From Candidatus Micrarchaeota archaeon (GTDB taxonomy: Archaea > Micrarchaeota > Micrarchaeia > Anstonellales > Bilamarchaeaceae), in contig JBGFRX010000035.1 of the NCBI GenBank assembly GCA_041694885.1, positions 1-21,758 of the forward strand: a DNA stretch of 21,758 bases, read 5' to 3'. Of this stretch, positions 15,755 through 21,758 are shown piece after piece. The notes under the pieces were generated by a model. It was given only the letters and a program-made list of their open reading frames with translations, ran no database searches and had not been told where the DNA came from. Position numbers and translations under genes: made by a program. The stretch's first letter is position 1. The number at the start of each line of letters is the position of its first letter.

Positions 15755-16033
15755 ATGCCAATGAAATACGTGATAGCGAAAATGAAGGGCGCGTTCTACG
15801 CCGGCTCGGAAAAAATCGCGGAAAAGGGGCTTAAAATAAGGCGCTATGTATCGCTTAGGGGAGTGAAGGACATGGTGAAGGCGCTTCATCTCTCCGCGTC
15901 CTCGCTGATATTCAGGGGCGTGAGCAAGGGCGAGCAGAAGAAGATAACTGGGGCTAAGGCAGGACTGAAGCTCTCGAAGTCGAAGCCAAAAAGTGCCAGG
16001 AAGACGAAAGCGAAGGGAAGGAGAAAAAGGTAA
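15755..16033 (+). CDS. Small, very basic hypothetical protein with a Lys-rich tail
   Basis: SD GGTGA and a TATA-like box upstream; fills the intergenic gap. Tail KSKPKSARKTKAKGRRKR. Confidence 0.7.
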   Translation: MPMKYVIAKMKGAFYAGSEKIAEKGLKIRRYVSLRGVKDMVKALHLSASSLIFRGVSKGEQKKITGAKAGLKLSKSKPKSARKTKAKGRRKR

Positions 16034-16039
16034 TTTGTT

Positions 16040-17584
16040 TCAGTTGTTTTTCTTTTCCTCGAGTTGCGAATACACCACATCCTTGTCTATCGGGATGTCT
16101 ATGCCGAGTACCTTGTGCACGAATATGAACATTTCCGCGAATTTGTCCTTTTCCCTTGTAACCAACCGGGCAATCTGTCTTATTCCAATGTCCTTTCCTA
16201 TAAGTTCGTAGAGGAGCACCCCTTCCTTTCCGTATTTCTTGTAAACGGCGAAGCAGTCTTCCCCATACCTTTTCGCAATCTCGTTCCTGTCCAGCTGCCT
16301 GGTAGTTATTATGCGGTTGGATGCGAGGAATGAGAGGATGTCCCTGACTTCGTAAAGGGGAATGCTGTGCTTTAGTGCCATGTCCACGTCGCTCGCCTTC
16401 CCGTCCACGGCGTCGAATATTTTAGAGCCCTTTTCTCCGTACTGAATTGCTATTTTCGCCTTTATCTGTATTCCCCTGAACATGTCGAGCGGAGTTTTGG
16501 AAGGCACTTCCACAGGAGCGGTCTCTTTCATCTGACCCCCAGGCCCTGTCTCTGCAAGAGGCACGAACTTCTCCTTTTCCTCTTCCGCTTCGGCAGCAGC
16601 CTTCGCCTCCGGATGCTCCAGTTTGATTATGCCCTGCTTTTCCATATATTCGAGCATCTCTATGAGCTTCGCCTCGCTCACTCCTGTCTCGTTCATTATT
16701 TCCTCTGCTGTCTTCTGACCGTCTATGAGCGCGTAGACCTTGAGCCCGACATCGCCGTATTTTTCCTTTATCGTCCTTTCCACTGGGTTGAGTTCTGGCT
16801 CTTCCTCTGGGACTATTTCCTCCTTTTTCCCTCCATCCTCCTCCTCTTCCGTCTTGGGCTCAATCTGCTCTTCCTTTTCTTCAGATTCAATCTCATCTTT
16901 GGATTCCGCTTCTTCCCTGGCTTCGGTTTCCTCAGTTTCAGTTTTTTCCTCTTCGCCAGGAGCAGCTACCTCCTCTTTTATCGGCTCTATTTCCTCCTCT
17001 GCTTCGGGTTTTTCTTCGGAATGGGCAATTTCATCTTCTTCTCGTTCGGATTCCTTTGCCGGCTCCGGCTCTATTGCCGTTATTTCCTCTTCCCGGACAG
17101 CTATCCCGGCTTCTCTCTCCATCTCAGCTTCGGGCTTTTCCATTTCTTCCTCTTCCGTGGCCTTCTTCGCTGCCTTTGCGCCTGCCTCCTGCTCGACTAT
17201 CTCGCGCAGCCGGCTCCTCTGCCTTGGAATTTTTATTTCCTCTTCCTTTTCTTCGCCGATTTCCGGTTTAGGAGTTTTAGGTTTCGCTTCCTTCTTTTCT
17301 TCTCCCTCATTCCTGCCTAGCTTCTCCATTTCCACTATTTCTCCTTCCACTGTAATGAGCGCAATCATTCCCTTCTCATCCAACCAGGCGATGACTTCGG
17401 CAGCAAAATCCGCGTCGAGCCTGGTTTCAGCTATTATTTCGTTCGCCGTCTTTTTCCCGTTCGCCGCCTTGTAGAGTTTGAGTCCGTTTTCGCCGAATTT
17501 CTTGAGCACCGCGTTCTGGTTCCTGAACCTCTGGAGCGGACCTTTCTCTAGTCGTTTTACCCTGTAATCGAGATTATTGGACAT
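16040..17584 (-). CDS. Hypothetical protein with four winged-helix-like repeats and a long acidic low-complexity linker
   Basis: Recurring K(F/Y)G..G.K(L/V/I)(Y/F)...(D/N)G.KT..EI......(E/D)...(W/Y/F)(L/M)...G.I.L unit, with a Glu-rich linker between repeats 1 and 2. Confidence 0.75.
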   Translation of the reverse strand: MSNNLDYRVKRLEKGPLQRFRNQNAVLKKFGENGLKLYKAANGKKTANEIIAETRLDADFAAEVIAWLDEKGMIALITVEGEIVEMEKLGRNEGEEKKEAKPKTPKPEIGEEKEEEIKIPRQRSRLREIVEQEAGAKAAKKATEEEEMEKPEAEMEREAGIAVREEEITAIEPEPAKESEREEDEIAHSEEKPEAEEEIEPIKEEVAAPGEEEKTETEETEAREEAESKDEIESEEKEEQIEPKTEEEEDGGKKEEIVPEEEPELNPVERTIKEKYGDVGLKVYALIDGQKTAEEIMNETGVSEAKLIEMLEYMEKQGIIKLEHPEAKAAAEAEEEKEKFVPLAETGPGGQMKETAPVEVPSKTPLDMFRGIQIKAKIAIQYGEKGSKIFDAVDGKASDVDMALKHSIPLYEVRDILSFLASNRIITTRQLDRNEIAKRYGEDCFAVYKKYGKEGVLLYELIGKDIGIRQIARLVTREKDKFAEMFIFVHKVLGIDIPIDKDVVYSQLEEKKNN

Positions 17585-17611
17585 GATAAGCACGTATTTT
17601 ACCGAGATATT

Positions 17612-17650
17612 GCCCCAATATTAAATATGAATATTTATTAAGTATTACAC
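17612..17650. promoter_or_regulatory. AT-rich divergent promoter region
   Basis: AATATTAAATATGAATATTTATTAAGTATT lies between divergent starts at 17584 and 17664. Confidence 0.5.
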
Positions 17651-17663
17651 CCTAAACGAATGC

Positions 17664-19391
17664 ATGGAATTCGGGGACATGCTCATCTCCACGGGAGTTG
17701 ACGCGCTGATAAAATTAGTGCGCGAAAAGGGAAAGGTGGACCTCGCCCTCGCCTCCCGTCTCCTCAACATTCCGGTTTCCACTATAGAGGAATGGGCGCA
17801 CGCGCTCGAGTCCGAAGGGATAATCGCAATAGAATACCAACTCACCAAGGTCTATTTGAAATGGGTTTCCCCCACTGAGGAAAAAATCGAGGAGGAAAGG
17901 GCGCATCTGGAGGGCGAGAAGGCGCAGCTCCTGCAATTGATAAAGGAGAAGGACAAAAAAACCGAAGTCCAGCTAAAGGAAGTCGCAGAGCTCAAGGACG
18001 AATTCGTTGCGAATTACGCGAAAATAATGGAGAAGATAGAGGAGTTGGGGAGCAGGAGCGCTGCTGTGCAGAAGACTAGAGAAGGGAGGGAAGAAGACTA
18101 CTACAAGGCAGTTGATGCGCTGGAGGAATTGAGAGGAAAGATAAGCGAATTGCGCGATTCCGTGAAATTCGTGCGCGAGCAGCTCGAAAAAACGCGTGCC
18201 CAACTGACGGGCTCTGACATTGAGAGGCAGATGAGAGGGGTTCTCGAATCAAGGGCGAGCATCGCGGGTCTCAAGGCCGAATTGGAGGAAATGGAAAGAG
18301 AAGCAACAAAGGCGCTCAATTCCATTTCCTCAAGTACAATTGGCAGTGCGGACGTTTCCGGATTGCGAGGCGCTCTTGATTCCGTGAAAGTAGAATACGA
18401 AACACTCAAAAAAGAGATGGAAGGCACGCTCGCAACGCTCAAGGGCGCTGAATCCGCGTCCGAAGTCCTTGCAGACGCAAAAAGCAAGATGGATTCATTA
18501 CGCTCCTCGACCGAATCAGCAGCAGCAGAGCTCGGTTCTCTTACGGGCACCATTCCTGAAATAGAAACCAGGATCTCGGAAATAAGCGCGCGGCTGAAGG
18601 AGAACGAAGAAAAGGTGCAGCGATTCGCGGAGACGCTCAAAAAAGCGGAAGAAACTATGAAGGCGCTTCGCCCAGATGAAAAATCCGGGCTTGCGATAGA
18701 GGAACTCATCCAGATGGGCAAGGTACTCGGGGAAAAAATGGAAAAATTCCAGACAAGCGCCTCGGAGACGCTCCCTCTTTTCGAGAATGTGGACAGATTG
18801 ATTTCGAGTTTGTCCGGCCTGCGCAAGAGGATAGGGGAAGAAAGGAAAAAATTGGCTGAGGAGAGCGGCGCGATATTCGCCTCGCTGGATGAGGAAGTTG
18901 AAACGTATTCCACGTTCCAGAAGATAAAGGAGAGGGCAGGGCTCGCGATAGGCGACTATCTGAACCAGCTCGAGAAGATAGAGGCGGACTACGAGAAGGC
19001 GGCAAAGGAAGCGGAGCGCGTTGAAAAAGAGCTTGATAGTTCGCTTACGAAATTCCGCGAGAGCGGGGAATACAAAGCAGCAGAGCAACTTTCTACTGCA
19101 ATGGATATGCTCACTGACAAGAAGAGGGCGCTCGAGGAGATAAGGAACGGGATAGACGCACTTGATTCTTCTGCAACCCGCGTTGCGAAGCAGGTGAAGC
19201 TGCTCGCGAAGGAAGCGGAACTCCTGGAGTTGCGCTCCGGTACTTCCGTTTCCGAGGCAAGGGAGAAGACGAAGAGGGCAGGGGAGGAGATAAGGGAGTC
19301 GTTGGCGCTAACTGAAAGCGAGCAGAAGGACTTCGATTTGAAGAGGGAGGAACTCAGGAAACTTATTAAAAAGTTGTGGGAGGAAGAGTAG
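17664..19391 (+). CDS. Long coiled-coil protein with an N-terminal (w)HTH-like domain
   Basis: N-terminus TGVDALIKLV...LASRLL..PVSTIEEWAHALESEGIIAIEY, then ~490 aa of heptad-rich E/K/L helix. No Walker A motif. Confidence 0.8.
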   Translation: MEFGDMLISTGVDALIKLVREKGKVDLALASRLLNIPVSTIEEWAHALESEGIIAIEYQLTKVYLKWVSPTEEKIEEERAHLEGEKAQLLQLIKEKDKKTEVQLKEVAELKDEFVANYAKIMEKIEELGSRSAAVQKTREGREEDYYKAVDALEELRGKISELRDSVKFVREQLEKTRAQLTGSDIERQMRGVLESRASIAGLKAELEEMEREATKALNSISSSTIGSADVSGLRGALDSVKVEYETLKKEMEGTLATLKGAESASEVLADAKSKMDSLRSSTESAAAELGSLTGTIPEIETRISEISARLKENEEKVQRFAETLKKAEETMKALRPDEKSGLAIEELIQMGKVLGEKMEKFQTSASETLPLFENVDRLISSLSGLRKRIGEERKKLAEESGAIFASLDEEVETYSTFQKIKERAGLAIGDYLNQLEKIEADYEKAAKEAERVEKELDSSLTKFRESGEYKAAEQLSTAMDMLTDKKRALEEIRNGIDALDSSATRVAKQVKLLAKEAELLELRSGTSVSEAREKTKRAGEEIRESLALTESEQKDFDLKREELRKLIKKLWEEE

Positions 19392-19418
19392 CGTATAAAG
19401 TCCGTAGGGGTGTGAAAA

Positions 19419-20921
19419 ATGGCCGAAGAAAAAAAACAGAGGCGCGTAAGCGTGCTGGACACTTACGGATTCGAGAGCAGCGGCATTCCGGTCGAGATAA
19501 AAATCGTGAAGAGGGACGACTTCAACCCCTTCTATGAAGTGATGATTCCGGGAATAGCAGAATACACCCGCATAATACTCGAAACTACACTGCGCGCAGA
19601 ACTTATTTCCGAGGTCAAAGTGGACATCTCCGAGATGCTCGACCCGAAGAAAGGGGAAGAAGTCAGGAAAAAATTCTTCGAAGGGGCGTTCACCATCCTT
19701 AACCAGAACTTCCCCAACCTTACAGAGGACAAGAAGAGGATTCTCGCCTCATATCTTCTCCAGAATGCGCTCGGTTTGGGAGAGATAGAGACGCTTCTTG
19801 CGGACGACAAACTGGAAGAGGTCGCGATAAACAACTCGCGCGAGCCCATTTGGGTTTATCATAAGAAATATGGGTGGTGCAAGAGCAACCTCACGCTAAA
19901 AGACGAGGAGACGATATTCGATTATTCTTCGCTCATCGCGCGGAAAGTCGGCCGGCAGATAAACATCCTGACCCCTCTCCTGGATGCGCACCTTCCGAAC
20001 GGAGATCGCGTGAATTCCACTCTTTTCCCAGTCTCGAACTTCGGCAACACGCTGACGATAAGGAAATTTTCCCGCAATCCGTGGAGCATAACCACGCTCA
20101 TAAAGAACAAGACGCTTTCCCCGGAAGTCGCTGCGCTGATATGGCTGTGTGTTCAGAACGAGCTCTCCTTGCTCATTACAGGAGGAACAGGAAGCGGAAA
20201 GACATCCTTTCTCAACGCCCTCGCAGGCCTTGTTCCAGCGAGCCAGCGCATCGTCTCCATAGAGGATACCCGCGAATTGACTTTGCCCTCATTCCTCCAC
20301 TGGGTTCCTATGGTAACGAGGGAGCCGAACCCTGAAGGAAAGGGCGAGGTCTCCATGCTCGATTTGATGGTTAATGCATTGCGCATGCGCCCTGACCGGA
20401 TTTTAGTAGGGGAAATAAGAAGGCAGCGCGAAGCGGAGATATTGTTTGAAGCGATGCATACGGGCCACAGCGTTTATGCTTCCCTGCACGCGGACAATGT
20501 GGACCAGACGATAAGCAGGATAACCAACCCGCCGATAAACATCCCTGAGCAGATGCTGGATGCGCTCGCAGGAGTGGTTGTGACGTTCAGGCACCGGCGC
20601 TTCAACATAAGGCGCGTACTCGAGTTCGGGGAAATGCACAAAAACGGTGACTTCCGGCTCCTTTACAAATGGGATGTGAAGAACGACGAGATAAGGCAGG
20701 TTGCAGGTCTTTCCCGTCTCGCCGACATGCTCTCTTTATACGCAGGCCTAAGCGAGAAGGAGATAAAGGAGGACATAGAGCAGAAGAGCGAGGTGCTCGG
20801 CTGGATGGCTGCCAACGATTACACGGAAGTAGACCAAGTGGGCCGCATCGTATCCCATTACTACCTTAATGAGGACGAGATTTACGAGCTTGCGCGCACA
20901 GGAGGCAAGTGGAAGCCGTGA
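19419..20921 (+). CDS. Type II/IV secretion system ATPase (CpaF/TadA/VirB11/FlaI-like; type IV pilus assembly)
   Basis: LLDAHLPNGDRVN, LTIRKF, GGTGSGKTS (Walker A), SIEDTREL, ALRMRPDRILVGEIR and AMHTGH...SLHA. Confidence 0.95.
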   Translation: MAEEKKQRRVSVLDTYGFESSGIPVEIKIVKRDDFNPFYEVMIPGIAEYTRIILETTLRAELISEVKVDISEMLDPKKGEEVRKKFFEGAFTILNQNFPNLTEDKKRILASYLLQNALGLGEIETLLADDKLEEVAINNSREPIWVYHKKYGWCKSNLTLKDEETIFDYSSLIARKVGRQINILTPLLDAHLPNGDRVNSTLFPVSNFGNTLTIRKFSRNPWSITTLIKNKTLSPEVAALIWLCVQNELSLLITGGTGSGKTSFLNALAGLVPASQRIVSIEDTRELTLPSFLHWVPMVTREPNPEGKGEVSMLDLMVNALRMRPDRILVGEIRRQREAEILFEAMHTGHSVYASLHADNVDQTISRITNPPINIPEQMLDALAGVVVTFRHRRFNIRRVLEFGEMHKNGDFRLLYKWDVKNDEIRQVAGLSRLADMLSLYAGLSEKEIKEDIEQKSEVLGWMAANDYTEVDQVGRIVSHYYLNEDEIYELARTGGKWKP

Positions 20922-20957
20922 CCCCCCAGTACCTTAATCGTACATCAGGGATAGCAG

Positions 20958-21758
20958 ATGGATTTCGCCGAACTTCTTGAGGAGGCAAGGAAAGTGGAGA
21001 AGAATGCAGAGGAGAACAAGCCCTACTCCTCCAAAGTTGAGATTCCCAAGACGCTTGATTTTTCCCCTGAGGAATTTGCAGATAAGGTCTACCAGGACAT
21101 CCTCAATGACTACGAGCGAATGGTGAAGATAGCTCGGGTGAGCGGCAAGGAATTCGTCCAGGTTTCAGCGAGAATCGAAACAGGAGAAGAGAAATCAACT
21201 GCAAAAGTCGCGACAAAGGCGCCTGAAAAAATTCCCCCTCCTGCGCAATTGCTCTGGCTGCCAAAGGACTCTGCTAAAACCGAAGTGTCAATACAGCCGC
21301 CTCAGCCCGAAATCAGGCAGTTGCCAGCCCAGCCCAAACAACAGGTAGTCGTTCCCAAACCGCTCGGGATAAAAATCCCCCGGATTCCTTTTCTCCAGAA
21401 AAAATCCCCTGCTCCTGAAGAAGAAGCGAAGCCCGAACTGAAGCCAGAGGAGAAACTCCCTGCAATTCCCGAACTAAAACCCGAAACGAAAGCGCCGGTA
21501 ATAAAGGAATCAGAGCCCGAAATGCGAATGGAAAGGGAAATGGAAAAACCCGAAGCAAAAGCAATCGAAATCCCGAAGCAGATGGAAAGACAGAGAGAAA
21601 AAGAGGAAGAAGAAAAGGAAGGGATAACTCCTGAAAGAGAGGAAGAAAAAGAAACCGAAGCGAAAGAAAAAACGATTTCCAGGGAGAGAGTGATTTCCAC
21701 CTCAGGATTCGAATTCGAGCGCCAGCCCTTTGAGGAAACGAAGAAGGAAAAAGAGGCA
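20958..21758 (+). CDS. Hypothetical Glu/Lys/Pro-rich protein, 3'-truncated by the window edge
   Basis: ATG at 20958 (MDFAELLEEARKVEK...). The frame stays open to the window end (267 codons); absent from the ORF track because it has no stop. Confidence 0.8.
   Translation, partial: MDFAELLEEARKVEKNAEENKPYSSKVEIPKTLDFSPEEFADKVYQDILNDYERMVKIARVSGKEFVQVSARIETGEEKSTAKVATKAPEKIPPPAQLLWLPKDSAKTEVSIQPPQPEIRQLPAQPKQQVVVPKPLGIKIPRIPFLQKKSPAPEEEAKPELKPEEKLPAIPELKPETKAPVIKESEPEMRMEREMEKPEAKAIEIPKQMERQREKEEEEKEGITPEREEEKETEAKEKTISRERVISTSGFEFERQPFEETKKEKEA

Noticed and set aside
17664..19391. SMC/Rad50 assignment for the coiled-coil protein
   Set aside because: No Walker A/B, signature motif, hinge or CxxC hook.
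17125..21560. Shared EMEKPEA peptide in the two Glu-rich proteins (near 17135 minus and 21545 plus)
   Set aside because: A short match within low-complexity sequence; plausibly chance.

Overview
Archaeal chromosomal segment, most consistent with a DPANN lineage such as Micrarchaeota. This is inferred from the gene set (proteasome alpha subunit, Nop5, eS8, Cgi121, Cdc6/Orc1, EndA-like, HerA, translin), the GGTGA Shine-Dalgarno motifs and the compact intergenic spaces. It is mostly housekeeping genes with several accessory features. (1) An MNT-HEPN (MntA/HepT-type) toxin-antitoxin cassette sits in a 71-bp direct duplication of the nop5 ribosome-binding site and first ~18 codons, so the antitoxin starts with the same N-terminus as Nop5. 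A second MNT-HEPN pair lies directly upstream of herA. (2) A ~260-bp, very palindrome-rich non-coding element with 14-bp terminal inverted repeats and an IS200/IS605-like end overlaps the rps8e stop codon. (3) A surface protein is built from Ig-like/LamG modules with a 100% identical repeated segment. (4) A divergent locus pairs a 4x winged-helix-like repeat protein with a wHTH/long coiled-coil protein, a type II/IV secretion ATPase and a Glu/Pro-rich protein. No rRNA, tRNA or CRISPR array was recognised. All family calls come from motif recognition by eye; no database searches were run.
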